Part shown: positions 38,506 to 49,542 of the stretch, piece by piece | Layout of the letters: each line of letters starts with the position of its first letter | Numbering within the stretch: the stretch's first letter is position 1 | DNA from: an uncultured archaeon | GTDB lineage: Archaea > Aenigmatarchaeota > Aenigmatarchaeia > GW2011-AR5 | DNA: 64,000 nucleotides | Reading direction: 5' to 3' | Assembly (NCBI GenBank): GCA_964373695.1 | Contig: CAYJVT010000002.1 | Span: 9,448 to 73,447, forward strand | Position numbers and translations under genes: made by a program | Notes under the pieces: model-generated | Told to the model about the DNA's origin: nothing | The model's database searches: none | Seen by the model: the letters and a program-made list of their open reading frames with translations, nothing else

Positions 38506-40014
38506 TTTCTTAACTGGATCCCCGAGGGACTCCACTGGCTCTCCCGATATATACATCCTCATCTTTCCTGGCAGATCGCTGACCTTTATCCTGACCTGTT
38601 TCATGGTATCCCTGTCGCGAAGTGTCACGGTGCCGGATGAAATCGTGTCTGAATCCACCGTTATGCAGGCGGCGACCCCTATCTCGTCCATTCTTCTGTA
38701 TCTGCGGCCAATGCTGCCGGAATCATCGTAAAAAACATCCATGCCGGCGGTCACGAGGGTTTTCCTTATTTCCGTGGCCTTGGCGTCCATCCCGTCCCTT
38801 TTTACAAGCGGCAGGACGGCACAATCAAAAGGCGACAAAACCCTCGGCAGCCTGAATATAGTCCTTTCCTCCTGGCCCACAGTCTCTTCGACGAATCCCA
38901 TGTCAAGAACGGCATATACGTTCCTGTCGACCCCGAAGGAAAGCTCCAGCACGTGCGGAATGAACTTCTTGCCGTCGTGAAAAATATCCATGTTGCGGCC
39001 CGACACCTTCTGGTGGCCCGCAAGATCGTGGTCGGTCCTGTAGTGTATGCCCCCGACCTCCCTGAACCCTTCCATGCTCTCGATATCGAGCTCAATGTCC
39101 CAGTGGTACTTATTGTAAAAGGCTTTCTCCTCGTCACTGAGCTCCCTGAACCTGAACTTTTCCGGCGCTATTCCGAGAACTTCGAGATAGAATTTTTGTA
39201 TCATTGCCATATAGTAAACGTAGAACTTCGGCAGCTTTACAGAGGCATTGCTGCAGGAAATCTCATGGACTATGCCCGACTTCCTGGAATCAACCGAAAG
39301 AAGCCTTAGATTGTACGAAGAGACTTCATCGAACCTTTCGTGGCCGTTTATCATGTCCGGGTTGAAAAATATCTGCAGCTCGGCCTGGTCGAATTCCCTC
39401 ATACGTATCAACAGATTCCTGGGACTTATCTCGTTCCTGTAGGCACGGCCCAGTATCGCAAGGCCCAACGGGAGCCGCTTCCTCAAGACCTCAAACTCCC
39501 TTGGGAAGCTCACGTAAGCCCCCTGAGCTGTTTCTGGCCTCAGATAACCGAGAGACGAGCCTATCATAACAGGGAACATCATGTTCAGAATCCCGACCTC
39601 TTCCAGCTCCCCTCCGCATTTCGGGCATTTTATCCAGTGTTCCCTAATGAGCTTTGTGAGTCCATTGGCTGACAACCCCTCAAAACTTTCTTTAAGGATG
39701 GATTCTACAAGGTGGTCCGCCCGCTCCAGACTGCCGCATTTACTGCATTTTGTTATCGGGTCGACGAAGGAATCCACATGTCCCGAGGCCTTGAAGACCC
39801 TGTCGGGCATCATGTTCCTGCAGTCTATCTCGAAGAAATTCCAGTCCAGCCCAAGGAAATATTTCCTCCATAAATTCTCCCATTTTCTCTTTATCAGAGT
39901 CCCTATATGGCCGTAGTCATAGAGTCCTGAAACGCCTCCGTATATGTCCGAAGAGACCCAGAAAATTCCCCTGCGCCTTGCTATCTCCTCTATTTTGTTT
40001 TCTTTCTTCGCCAT
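38500..40014 (-). CDS. glyS: Glycyl-tRNA synthetase (archaeal/eukaryotic type)
   Basis: YLRPETAQG, AYRNEISPR, HVLELSFGVDR motifs. Confidence 0.97.
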   Translation of the reverse strand: MAKKENKIEEIARRRGIFWVSSDIYGGVSGLYDYGHIGTLIKRKWENLWRKYFLGLDWNFFEIDCRNMMPDRVFKASGHVDSFVDPITKCSKCGSLERADHLVESILKESFEGLSANGLTKLIREHWIKCPKCGGELEEVGILNMMFPVMIGSSLGYLRPETAQGAYVSFPREFEVLRKRLPLGLAILGRAYRNEISPRNLLIRMREFDQAELQIFFNPDMINGHERFDEVSSYNLRLLSVDSRKSGIVHEISCSNASVKLPKFYVYYMAMIQKFYLEVLGIAPEKFRFRELSDEEKAFYNKYHWDIELDIESMEGFREVGGIHYRTDHDLAGHQKVSGRNMDIFHDGKKFIPHVLELSFGVDRNVYAVLDMGFVEETVGQEERTIFRLPRVLSPFDCAVLPLVKRDGMDAKATEIRKTLVTAGMDVFYDDSGSIGRRYRRMDEIGVAACITVDSDTISSGTVTLRDRDTMKQVRIKVSDLPGKMRMYISGEPVESLGDPVKKL

Positions 40015-40067
40015 AGATTAATCTAGCGGCTGAATCATTTATATCTTTAGTCCGTGAATATTCTATC

Positions 40068-41321
40068 ATGGGGCGATACGTTCTCACCGAGGAGGGCAGA
40101 AAATACCTGGAAACCGGCATGCCGGAGATGAACCTTGTAAAGCTCCTGGAATCCGGAAACATTGAAATTAAGGAAGCACAAAAGCTTGAAAACTTTTCAA
40201 TAGCATTGCAATGGGCAAAAAAGAACGGCTGGGTCGAGATAAGACAGGACTTTCTGGTTCTTACAAAATGCCCCGAATCGTACGAAATCGAAACGGCATT
40301 GAAAAGCATCGCCTCCAACAAAGAAATCTCAAATAATATGGCTCAAATACTTCTGCAAAGGAACCTGCTGCAGGAAGAAAAGGAGGATGCATACAAAAGA
40401 GCTGAAAAATACAAAGGGACGGAAGTATCAGCTCTCAACGAGGACATAATAAAAACTGGTTATTGGAGTGAAACAATAATCAGAGCGTACAATGTAGAAG
40501 CTTTGGGGAAGAAAATCTATCCCGGAAAGAAGCAGCCTTATGCCGCGTTTCTGGACTGGGTGAAAAACAAGATGATTGGCCTTGGCTTCGAAGAAATGTC
40601 AGGGCCCATAGTCGAAACGGAATTCTGGAATATGGACGCATTGTATATGCCGCAGTTCCATGCGGCAAGGGACATACATGATGCGTATTTCCTAAAAGAA
40701 CCAAAATATGCCAGAGCCATTGATAAAAACATCCTAAATGCAGTTAAAAAAACGCATGAAAAAGGCACATCGGAGTCGAGGGGGTGGGAATACCAGTACG
40801 ATATCAAGAGAGCCCACAGGCTTGTGTTAAGAACTCATGACACGGCAATTTCTCCCAGAACCCTCTCATCTCCGGAGCTTAAAGTTCCAGGAAAATACTT
40901 TCACGTAGCAAGATGTTTCAGATATGATGTAGTAGACGCCACTCACCTGCCGGATTTTTACCAGCTAGGTGGTTTTGTAATAGACAAAGACCTTAATTTG
41001 AGGCACCTAATAGGCCTGTTGAAACTTTTTTCAAGGGAATTCGCAAACACCGACAAAATAAAGATAATGCCCAGCTATTTCCCTTTTACAGAACCGAGCG
41101 TTCAACTCATGGCAAAGCATCCCAAATTCGGGTGGCTTGAACTTGTAGGTGCTGGGATATTCAGGCATGAGATGGCAATACCTCTTGGAATAAAGCATCC
41201 TGTCATCGCGTGGGGAGCCGGTCTTGACAGGATATTCATGATGAGTTCCGGGATAAACGACATAAGGGACCTGTTCAGCTACGACCTTAATTACTTGAGA
41301 AAAAGCCCTGTAACATATTGA
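40068..41321 (+). CDS. pheS: Phenylalanyl-tRNA synthetase alpha subunit
   Basis: FWNMDALYMPQFHAARDIHD, VLRTHDT, YFPFTEPS, AWGAGLDR. Confidence 0.97.
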   Translation: MGRYVLTEEGRKYLETGMPEMNLVKLLESGNIEIKEAQKLENFSIALQWAKKNGWVEIRQDFLVLTKCPESYEIETALKSIASNKEISNNMAQILLQRNLLQEEKEDAYKRAEKYKGTEVSALNEDIIKTGYWSETIIRAYNVEALGKKIYPGKKQPYAAFLDWVKNKMIGLGFEEMSGPIVETEFWNMDALYMPQFHAARDIHDAYFLKEPKYARAIDKNILNAVKKTHEKGTSESRGWEYQYDIKRAHRLVLRTHDTAISPRTLSSPELKVPGKYFHVARCFRYDVVDATHLPDFYQLGGFVIDKDLNLRHLIGLLKLFSREFANTDKIKIMPSYFPFTEPSVQLMAKHPKFGWLELVGAGIFRHEMAIPLGIKHPVIAWGAGLDRIFMMSSGINDIRDLFSYDLNYLRKSPVTY

Positions 41322-41331
41322 AGGTGAAAAA

Positions 41332-42990
41332 ATGCCTACTATAGAAGTTTCGATGAAAGCCCTGGAAAAGCTTGCCGGAAGAAAAGTGAAGGAAAAAGAT
41401 CTTGAGGCCGTGAAAGGGGAAATAGAAGAAACCGAAGGCGGCAAGGCAAAGATAGAAATAGGCGATACAAACAGGCCTGATTTGTGGTGCGTCGAAGGGA
41501 TAGCAAGGGTTCTCAGGGGAAAACGCTTCCAGAAACTTCCCGTCAAAAACAGCGGGAAAGAAATCATAGTCGACAGGAAAATTCTTGGCATAAGACCTTT
41601 CATATCGGGCTTTGTCGTTAAAGGCGTGAATGTTGATGAGGAACTGCTTCTGGATATGATACAACTCCAGGACAAACTTGATGAAAACTATGGGAAGAAG
41701 AGGAAAAAGATATCCATCGGCATATACAATTATGACATGATAAAATTCCCTGCGCATTACAAGGCCGTCAGCCCATCTCACAAGTTCGTGCCTCTTGGCC
41801 TTGACAAGCCTCTCACCATGAGAGATATATTGTCCAAACACCCCAAAGGTAGGGATTATGGATATATTGTTCGCGAGCACAAATTGTATCCGCTGCTTAT
41901 CGACATGAAGGAAGATGTCCTCTCATTCCCACCAATAATAAACAGCAACTATCTCGGAAAGGTCAAGTTGGGAATGCAAAATCTTATGGTAGAAGTCACA
42001 GGAACCGACCAGAAATCCGTCCTTCTTGCTGCCAATATCTTTGCATATTCGCTTTATGACAGAGGAGCTAATATAGAGTCGATAACGACCAGATATCCGT
42101 CCACAACAAAGTTCGGGAGGTCAGTTACTTGTCCGTATGATTTCTGCCAGAAAATGTCATTCAACAGGAAAAATGTGGAGAGTGTCCTTGGGATTGACCT
42201 GAAAAGCACGGAAATAAAGTCTCTGCTGGAGAAAATGCAATACGATGCTGAAATCTCCAATGATAAAGTAATTGTTGTCATCCCCCCCTACAGAAATGAC
42301 GTGATGCACTATACAGACGTGATAGAAGATATAGCAATAGCATACGGATACGGGAACTTCAAGGAATCTGGAATTGAAAGCTTTACTGTCGGCAATCTAA
42401 TGAAAGAGACACTTTTCACCGAGAATGTAAGAAGGGTTATGATAGGTATCGGATTTCAGGAAATAATGTCCGCGATACTTTCCAGCAAATCTGCCCTGTG
42501 TGATAAGATGAACACATCCTCAGAGCCACTGAAAATAGAAAATGTCATGTCAGAAAACTATTCGCATGTGAGGAGCTGGGTTCTACCAAGCATTCTTGCA
42601 TGCCTGACGAAAAACATGCATAACGAATACCCGCAGAAGGTATTCGAGGTCGGGGAATGTGTGATTCGGGACAAGAAATCATATACAGGAACAGTAACAA
42701 TACAAAAAATAGCTGGCGCGATTTCAAGCGGAATTGCAGGCTATGAAGACATATCCTCGTGCATAGATGCTCTGCTTTGCGGCATCGGAGCAAAATACGA
42801 ACTGAAGCTTTCGGTGCATCCCAGCTTTATAGAGGGCAGATGTGCCGACATATTAATCGGAGGGGATAAAGCCGGCATCGTAGGCGAAATACACCCCAAA
42901 GTGCTGAATAACTGGTCCATAGAAAAGCCGGTCGCGGCTTTTGAAGCTGATGTCAACTCCTTACTGAAAGCTTCCACTTCACGGGACTGA
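41332..42990 (+). CDS. pheT: Phenylalanyl-tRNA synthetase beta subunit
   Basis: NRPDLWCVEG, SFPPIINS, YRNDVMHYTDVIEDIAIAYGY. Confidence 0.96.
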   Translation: MPTIEVSMKALEKLAGRKVKEKDLEAVKGEIEETEGGKAKIEIGDTNRPDLWCVEGIARVLRGKRFQKLPVKNSGKEIIVDRKILGIRPFISGFVVKGVNVDEELLLDMIQLQDKLDENYGKKRKKISIGIYNYDMIKFPAHYKAVSPSHKFVPLGLDKPLTMRDILSKHPKGRDYGYIVREHKLYPLLIDMKEDVLSFPPIINSNYLGKVKLGMQNLMVEVTGTDQKSVLLAANIFAYSLYDRGANIESITTRYPSTTKFGRSVTCPYDFCQKMSFNRKNVESVLGIDLKSTEIKSLLEKMQYDAEISNDKVIVVIPPYRNDVMHYTDVIEDIAIAYGYGNFKESGIESFTVGNLMKETLFTENVRRVMIGIGFQEIMSAILSSKSALCDKMNTSSEPLKIENVMSENYSHVRSWVLPSILACLTKNMHNEYPQKVFEVGECVIRDKKSYTGTVTIQKIAGAISSGIAGYEDISSCIDALLCGIGAKYELKLSVHPSFIEGRCADILIGGDKAGIVGEIHPKVLNNWSIEKPVAAFEADVNSLLKASTSRD

Positions 42991-43032
42991 TATCGTTCTC
43001 GCCGCGCCTTTTCTTCCTTTTCCTTGTAGGTG

Positions 43033-43785
43033 TCATCTTAACACGAACCTATACCAAGGCCTGTTTTCTTTGTATTCAACGCCGGCAATGCGTCCGGCGA
43101 GCCTTCTTATTTCCCTGCTTGCAGGGGATTTCGGCGAGTCCAGAACTACAGGCTTGCGCCTTGCGATGGACTTCTGGACTTCAATGCGCTCAGGAATCCT
43201 TGCCAGTATATCTGTATCTTCCAGCATATTCTTTATGTCTTCCATGCGCATCTCGTGCGGCTTGTTCTTCACTCTGTTTACGACCGCACCTGTTATCTTG
43301 GTTCCGAGCTGTTCCGCCAGTTTATACGCTTTGAGAGCGTCTGTAACTGACGTCAATTCGGGGTTCGTTATGAGAACCATTTCGTCTGCTGCCTCCATGC
43401 TGGAAAGAGTCTCCTTGCCCAGTCCGGCGGCGGAATCCAGCAGGACTATATCAGCGGTCCCCAGAAGATCCAAAAGAACATTCGGCAGGTCCCTTGAATC
43501 AGTCCCCCTCAGGTCCCTGAGCGAGAGCCCTGCGGGGATTATCCTGACGCCACTGTCGTGGTAATAAATGGCATCCTTTATCGGGACGGAGCCCTTCAGA
43601 ACATCATGGAGTGTGGTAGGATAAAGCGGCATACCGAAATGTATCCCTATGTTGGGCGTCGTCAGGTTGGCATCCACGACCACGACGCTCTTTCCCATGG
43701 ATGACATTGCAACGCCGAGATTCGAAACTAGGGTGGTTTTTCCGACTCCGCCCTTCCCGGAAACGCAAGCTATTATTCTTGTCAT
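43033..43785 (-). CDS. minD: MinD/ParA family ATPase
   Basis: Deviant Walker A SGKGGVGKTT, VDAN, LLDSAAG. Confidence 0.92.
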   Translation of the reverse strand: MTRIIACVSGKGGVGKTTLVSNLGVAMSSMGKSVVVVDANLTTPNIGIHFGMPLYPTTLHDVLKGSVPIKDAIYYHDSGVRIIPAGLSLRDLRGTDSRDLPNVLLDLLGTADIVLLDSAAGLGKETLSSMEAADEMVLITNPELTSVTDALKAYKLAEQLGTKITGAVVNRVKNKPHEMRMEDIKNMLEDTDILARIPERIEVQKSIARRKPVVLDSPKSPASREIRRLAGRIAGVEYKENRPWYRFVLR

Positions 43786-43939
43786 ACCACACCTAGAGAT
43801 AATTATTGCCTCGGCGGTTTAAAAGCTTGAAAATGCTGCGTTTCAGATTTCACTCTACCTTACAAAAAAACGTCTCTGGCCGCATTGCGGGACAAGCCGG
43901 TCTGTTATTTATCTGTTTTACTGTATAAAACATTTACAA

Positions 43940-44073
43940 GGGCGCGTAGCTCAGCTTGGATAGAGCACCTTTTATGAAAGGCCTTCTTTCATAAGTGTCG
44001 GCCTTCTAAGCAGGGGGTCGCGGGTTCGAAAGCTGAAGCGCTAAGGCGTTGGCCGATTTTCCCGTCGCGCCCA
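43940..44073 (+). tRNA. tRNA-Arg(UCU) with introns at 29/30 (30 nt) and 59/60 (29 nt)
   Basis: GGGCGCG/CGCGCCC acceptor; CCT|GC-CT TCT AA-GCAGG anticodon arm; BHB-like motifs for 43971-44000 and 44031-44059. Confidence 0.9.
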
Positions 44074-44116
44074 TTATAGTGAACCAAATAAATAAACATG
44101 ATATGACTTATTTAGT

Positions 44117-44170
44117 TCACATATAGTGCCCAAGAAAACTAATTCTGAATGTTTTCTTGGAGCACTATAA
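44117..44170. repeat. Bulged hairpin element, copy 2
   Basis: Arms TATAGTGCCCAAGAAAAC (44122-44139) and GTTTTCTTGGAGCACTATA (44151-44169). Confidence 0.8.
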
Positions 44171-44206
44171 ATACAGAAACGTTGAAAAATAAGTCAGGTG
44201 CCGTCG

Positions 44207-47020
44207 ATGGATTTTGCAAAAATAGAAAGGAAATGGCAGCAGAAATGGAAGAAATCTGGGATATTCAAAACCAACCCCGAGAAGAAGAAGAAATTCTTCA
44301 CTTCCATCATCATACCATACGTCAACGGCAGGATGCATATAGGCCACAGCTATACATACACAAGGACCGACGCTTACGCCAGATTCAAGAGGATGCAGGG
44401 GTACAATACGCTTCTTGCCCAGGGCTTTCATGCTACCGGTGAGCCGATAGTAGGTGCAGTCGAAAGGCTGAAGAACGGCGACAAAAGCCAGGCAGAAACA
44501 TTCAGGATATTCGGTGCCACCGAAAAAAACATCTCGGACTTCAAAAAGCGCGGTCCAGAATTTGTTGCAAAATTCTGGATGAAAAAATTCACGGAAGACT
44601 CCGATTCAATGGGATATTCGATAGACTGGAGAAGAAGCTTCGTAACGACGTCCATAAGCCCTCAGTTCTCCAGGTTCATAGAATGGCAGTACAACACGCT
44701 AAGAAAAAAAGGATACGTAGTGCAGGGCACCCATCCAGTGATATGGTGCCCCCACGACCAGTCCCCGACAGGCGACCACGACAGGCTTGAGGGTGAAGGA
44801 GAAAGCCCTGTAGAATATGTAGGGATTAAATTCAGAATGGAAGACGCCTTCCTAGTTTGCGCCACCCTGAGGCCTGAAACCGTGTACGGGGTGACAAACA
44901 TATGGGTGAATCCGGACGCCACCTATGTAAAAATAAAGGCCGGCGGCGAGAAGTGGATCGTGAGCAGGGAGTGCTTCTACAAGCTGAAAGACCAGATAAA
45001 ACATGTGGAAAAGGTATGTGAAGTCACTCTTGCCGGGAAGAGGTGCACCGACATTGTCGGCAACAGGGAAATACCGATACTGCCGTCGCATTTCATCGAC
45101 TCCGAGTCAGCGACGGGTATAGTGATGAGCGTTCCTGCCCATGCGCCTTACGACTGGATGGCGCTTAAGGAGCTCATTGACAAAAACGAGCTCGAAGTTT
45201 ACGGGCTGTCAAAGTCCGACATCGAACCAATAATAGCAGTAGACTCGGGTTCGGAGAATGCAATGGAGCTGTGCACCAAGATGAAAATAATAGGCCCGGG
45301 CCAGAAGGATCTTCTGGAAGACGCCACAAAGAGCCTGTACAAGAAGGAATTCCATGGCGGCGTGCTCAACGACAAGTGCGGGCCTTACACAGGATTGAAG
45401 GTGTCCGAAGCGAAGGAAAAAATAATCTCGGACTTCATATCCAAAGGCATCGCGCATCCTATATGGGATTGTCCGAAGGTTGTGTGCAGATGCACCACAC
45501 GATGTCATGTCAAAATACTGGAAAACCAGTGGTTCCTGAAATATTCCGACAACGCATGGAAGGACATGGCCAGAAAATGTCTGGCTGGTATGAGGATAGT
45601 CCCGGAGGAATCAAGGCAGAACTTCGAGAATACAATAGACTGGCTGAAGGACAAGGCATGCGCAAGGAAATCCGGACTCGGCACGCCTCTCCCATGGGAC
45701 AAGGCCTGGATAGTCGAGACTCTTAGCGACTCCACCATCTACATGGCCTACTATACGATAGCCGACATCATAAACAAAAACAGAATAAGCGCCAAAAGTC
45801 TTACCGACGAAGTCTTTGACTGCATCTTCCTGGGAAAAGGCGACCTGAAAGCCGTGGCAAAAATGAGCAAAATACCGGCTAAAACGCTTGCATCAATGAA
45901 GGAAGAGTTTGAATACTTCTATCCGCTCGATATAAGGAACAGCGCAAAGGACCTGATACAAAACCACCTGACATTCTACATAATGCATCATGTGGCGTTG
46001 TGGAGAAATCGGTACTGGCCTAGGGGCATCTCAACGAACGGATACGTCAGTGTAGAAGGGCAGAAGATGAGCAAGTCTAGGGGGAACTTTATAGTACTGA
46101 AGGATGTCATAAAAAACTTCGGGGCTGACATGGCTAGAATCAATATAGCGTGCTCCAGTGAGGGTCTGGAGGACGCAGACTGGAGGGTTGAGAACATAAA
46201 AACATACAGGTCCCGGATAGAATTCATATTTGATGCAATAAAGAACATCGAAAAATCCGGCACCATGAAAAACAGGAGCATAGACGATTACCTCATCAGC
46301 AGGCTGCAAAAGCATAAAAAAGACGCAACAGAGGCGTTCTCTGAGCTCAGACTGAGGTCGGCGTGCCAGAGCACCCTTTTTGAAACAACGAACGACCTCA
46401 AATGGTACCTGAGAAGGGTTGGCGGCATGAAGCACGCCAACAAGAAGACCATGAAAATTTTCATGTCCGACTTAATAAGGCTGCTTGCGCCGCTGGTGCC
46501 GCACATATCAGAAGAGATGTGGAGGGTGGTGGGCGGCAGAGGATTCGTTTCGCTGTCCTCATGGCCGGCTGATGACAAAGGCTTGTCAAACAACAGGGCC
46601 GAGCTATGGGAAAATACCATGATGCAGACATTGTCTGACATAGAAGAGATAAAGGGCATCATAGGCAAGGAAGTGAAGAAATGCACATTATTCGTTGCCG
46701 AAGACTGGAAATTCAAGACTCTGAATAAAATAATAAAGAATAAAAGCAGGCCTCTTGACGACATAACACGCGAAATAATGCAGAGCGATGCCAGGAGATA
46801 CGGAAAGGCTACGCTTTCCTTCATACAATCTGCCTATTCCAAATCAAATGAAATCTCTGAGGTGATAGGAAGAGACGACCAATTAAAATTGCTTAACGAA
46901 TCAAAAGGGTTCCTTAAGAGCGAGACTGGTCTGGAAATATCCATAGAAGACGCCAAAAAAAGCCAGAACCAGAAAGCCCGCAACTCAACGCCATACAAGT
47001 TTGGCATACTTCTTGATTAG
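44207..47020 (+). CDS. leuS: Leucyl-tRNA synthetase (archaeal type)
   Basis: PYVNGRMHIGH (HIGH), ATLRPET editing domain, KMSKS. Confidence 0.97.
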   Translation: MDFAKIERKWQQKWKKSGIFKTNPEKKKKFFTSIIIPYVNGRMHIGHSYTYTRTDAYARFKRMQGYNTLLAQGFHATGEPIVGAVERLKNGDKSQAETFRIFGATEKNISDFKKRGPEFVAKFWMKKFTEDSDSMGYSIDWRRSFVTTSISPQFSRFIEWQYNTLRKKGYVVQGTHPVIWCPHDQSPTGDHDRLEGEGESPVEYVGIKFRMEDAFLVCATLRPETVYGVTNIWVNPDATYVKIKAGGEKWIVSRECFYKLKDQIKHVEKVCEVTLAGKRCTDIVGNREIPILPSHFIDSESATGIVMSVPAHAPYDWMALKELIDKNELEVYGLSKSDIEPIIAVDSGSENAMELCTKMKIIGPGQKDLLEDATKSLYKKEFHGGVLNDKCGPYTGLKVSEAKEKIISDFISKGIAHPIWDCPKVVCRCTTRCHVKILENQWFLKYSDNAWKDMARKCLAGMRIVPEESRQNFENTIDWLKDKACARKSGLGTPLPWDKAWIVETLSDSTIYMAYYTIADIINKNRISAKSLTDEVFDCIFLGKGDLKAVAKMSKIPAKTLASMKEEFEYFYPLDIRNSAKDLIQNHLTFYIMHHVALWRNRYWPRGISTNGYVSVEGQKMSKSRGNFIVLKDVIKNFGADMARINIACSSEGLEDADWRVENIKTYRSRIEFIFDAIKNIEKSGTMKNRSIDDYLISRLQKHKKDATEAFSELRLRSACQSTLFETTNDLKWYLRRVGGMKHANKKTMKIFMSDLIRLLAPLVPHISEEMWRVVGGRGFVSLSSWPADDKGLSNNRAELWENTMMQTLSDIEEIKGIIGKEVKKCTLFVAEDWKFKTLNKIIKNKSRPLDDITREIMQSDARRYGKATLSFIQSAYSKSNEISEVIGRDDQLKLLNESKGFLKSETGLEISIEDAKKSQNQKARNSTPYKFGILLD

Positions 47021-47304
47021 AACCTTTCCAGGCTTTCCACTAGCTCAAGCTTCTCCCTTTCGTGCTTCCTGCTCTTCTCGAATATGCTGTCAAATATCTC
47101 TTCCATCCTGGTCAGGCGCTTCTGGAGAATTATGTTTTCCTTCCTCATCTCCAGAAGGGCGCACCACATCTGCGCCATCTTGATGTCGTCGGAGTTCTTG
47201 TAGGCTCCCTTGTGGCGGGATGCCTTCATGAGAATATTATTGAGGTGCTCCTCGTCCTCAATCCCAAGGTATTTCTTCCAGTTATCATCTGCCTTGAAAA
47301 GCAT
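47017..47304 (-). CDS. Small helical hypothetical protein
   Basis: HKGAYKNSDDIKMAQMWCALLE followed by a coiled coil. Confidence 0.7.
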   Translation of the reverse strand: MLFKADDNWKKYLGIEDEEHLNNILMKASRHKGAYKNSDDIKMAQMWCALLEMRKENIILQKRLTRMEEIFDSIFEKSRKHEREKLELVESLERF

Positions 47305-47416
47305 AATTGTAATTCAATTCAATCTTTAAATTCGTTGCACGGGATTTCGGCGTGATTCCAGCGTAATTGCGCTGCAGTTCGCTCCGCTTAAATAGTTTTT
47401 GAAAATAGCTTATAGG

Positions 47417-48061
47417 ATGCAAAAAGGGGACTTCATAAGAATCAATTACATCGGAAGGCTGGAAAGCGGCGAGATATTTGACATTACAGACGAAGGCACG
47501 GCAAAGAAGGAAAAAGTCTATAATGACAAAATGAAATACGGCCCTCTGCCGGTGGTTGTAGGCGCCAATTTCCTGATATCAGGCCTCGATAAGGCTATAG
47601 AAGGCATGAACGTCGGCGACAAAAAAGACGTAATGATACAGCCAGAAGATGCGTTCGGCCAGCGCGACCCGAAGCTTGTGAAGACGGTCAACGCAAGGGT
47701 ATTCCGGGACAGCAAAACAGATCCGCAGCCTGGCATGATAGTGAATTTCTCTGGTATGAAAGGAAGGATACAGAGCGTTTCTGGCGGACGCGTCCGCATA
47801 GACTTCAACAATCCCCTGTCTGGAAAGACACTTCTTTATCATGTTGAAATTATTGAAAAGATAGATGATAATGAGAAGAAAATAGAATCTGTTCTTGAGT
47901 TCTTCGGCATCAAAAGTGCCTCGATAAAAATAGATGGCAGCAGTGTCGAGATAAGCGCAAGAATTCCGGACAAGATGAAGGAAACCATTTCAGATATCAT
48001 AACCAATAATGTTGAAGGCATCGAGAAGATAAAATTCTCCGAGACATTCGAAAAGAAATAA
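47417..48061 (+). CDS. slyD: FKBP-type peptidyl-prolyl isomerase (SlyD-like)
   Basis: GDFIRINYIG, PEDAFG and DFNNPLSGKTL motifs. Confidence 0.93.
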   Translation: MQKGDFIRINYIGRLESGEIFDITDEGTAKKEKVYNDKMKYGPLPVVVGANFLISGLDKAIEGMNVGDKKDVMIQPEDAFGQRDPKLVKTVNARVFRDSKTDPQPGMIVNFSGMKGRIQSVSGGRVRIDFNNPLSGKTLLYHVEIIEKIDDNEKKIESVLEFFGIKSASIKIDGSSVEISARIPDKMKETISDIITNNVEGIEKIKFSETFEKK

Positions 48062-48362
48062 CTCCAAACTCCATGATGATTGGAATATTTGCTGCAAAAG
48101 TGTCCCAGAAGCATTGATTATTTCTTCACTACTATAGGCTTGTGGTAGTAAGTGCTGTACTTACACCTCGGACACGCCACAGGTACCCTGTCATTTCTCG
48201 TAACCCACAAATGATCGCACTTTGTGCACTGGAGCTTCATAATTACTACTACAACTACTACTATTTAAATACGTATGTAATGCCAAGAAATTACGAATTT
48301 TTTGCCGCGATTTTCGTGGAATCTTTAAATATCCTCCAGCATATTTTATAGAAAGTGATACA

Positions 48363-49442
48363 ATGGGCATACTGAGTTCTAAGGATATTGGGACAGCGCC
48401 GGCTGACGAGGAACTGAGGAAGATTCTAGAAGCGAAAAAGGCTGAGATAAAGGTTTTCGGAGCGGGAGGCGGAGGCGGAAACACAATCTCAAGGCTGATG
48501 CAGATAGGAATAGTCGGGGCTGAGACGATAGCCATAAACACCGATGCGCAGGACCTCCTTTACACTGATGCGGACACAAAAATACTCATAGGAAAGGAAA
48601 TAACTGGCGGCCTCGGGGCCGGGGCTGATCCGAAGATAGGCGAGGAATCCGCAAAGGAAAGCAAGAATGAGATAAAGAAGTCCCTTGAGGGGGCGGACCT
48701 TGTTTTCATCACCTGTGGCCTCGGAGGCGGCACTGGAACAGGCTCATCCCCCGTGGTGGCGGACCTTTCAAAGAAACAGGGCTCGCTGACGGTAGGAATA
48801 GTCACACTGCCTTTCACTATGGAAGGCAAGCAAAGGATGAAAAACGCCAGGGAAGGTCTGGAGAAACTGGAGAAAAATGTCGATACGCTCATAGTCATAC
48901 CGAACGACAAGCTTCTTGAAATCGTACCGGATGTATCGCTAAGCACGGCCTTCAAAGTCGCGGATGAAATACTAGTGAATGCAGTAAAAGGTATAACAGA
49001 GCTTATCACAAGGCCCGGACTTGTTAACCTCGATTTCGCCGACATAAGGGCTGTGATGAGTGGTGGCGGCCTGGCAATGATAGGCATGGGCGACAGCGAT
49101 TCCGAAAACAGGGCTGTGGAGGCTGTGGAAAGAGCCCTCAACAATCCGCTTCTTGACATAGAGATCGACGGTGCCAAAGGAGCCCTCATAAACGTTTCTG
49201 GCGGCTCCGACATAACAATAAGGGAATGCCAGAAGATAGTCGAGTCGGTTTCAGTTAGGCTCAGCCAAGATGCCAAAATAATATGGGGGGCCCAGATAGT
49301 GAAGGAACTCGGGGACTCGATAAGGACCATGCTTATAATAACCGGCGTCAACTCTCCCTCCAGGAACGTTGCCCAATCCCAGGTCAGGGAAAAAAGACGT
49401 GATGTCGAGAAGATGTTCGGCATAGACTTTATCGACAAGTAG
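48363..49442 (+). CDS. ftsZ: Cell division protein FtsZ
   Basis: [23 protein letters not shown] motifs. Confidence 0.98.
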   Translation: MGILSSKDIGTAPADEELRKILEAKKAEIKVFGAGGGGGNTISRLMQIGIVGAETIAINTDAQDLLYTDADTKILIGKEITGGLGAGADPKIGEESAKESKNEIKKSLEGADLVFITCGLGGGTGTGSSPVVADLSKKQGSLTVGIVTLPFTMEGKQRMKNAREGLEKLEKNVDTLIVIPNDKLLEIVPDVSLSTAFKVADEILVNAVKGITELITRPGLVNLDFADIRAVMSGGGLAMIGMGDSDSENRAVEAVERALNNPLLDIEIDGAKGALINVSGGSDITIRECQKIVESVSVRLSQDAKIIWGAQIVKELGDSIRTMLIITGVNSPSRNVAQSQVREKRRDVEKMFGIDFIDK

Positions 49443-49542
49443 GCATTCCATAATTCCAGCCGATAAATACGGCATATTCCTCAGGTTTTAAGCCTTTGTA
49501 TTATAAATTAATGTCTATAAACACTCTTTAGAGCGTGAACCT

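Noticed and set aside
48244-48263. (ACT)n micro-repeat and small hairpin upstream of ftsZ
   Set aside because: Too short and imperfect to separate from ordinary promoter-region low complexity
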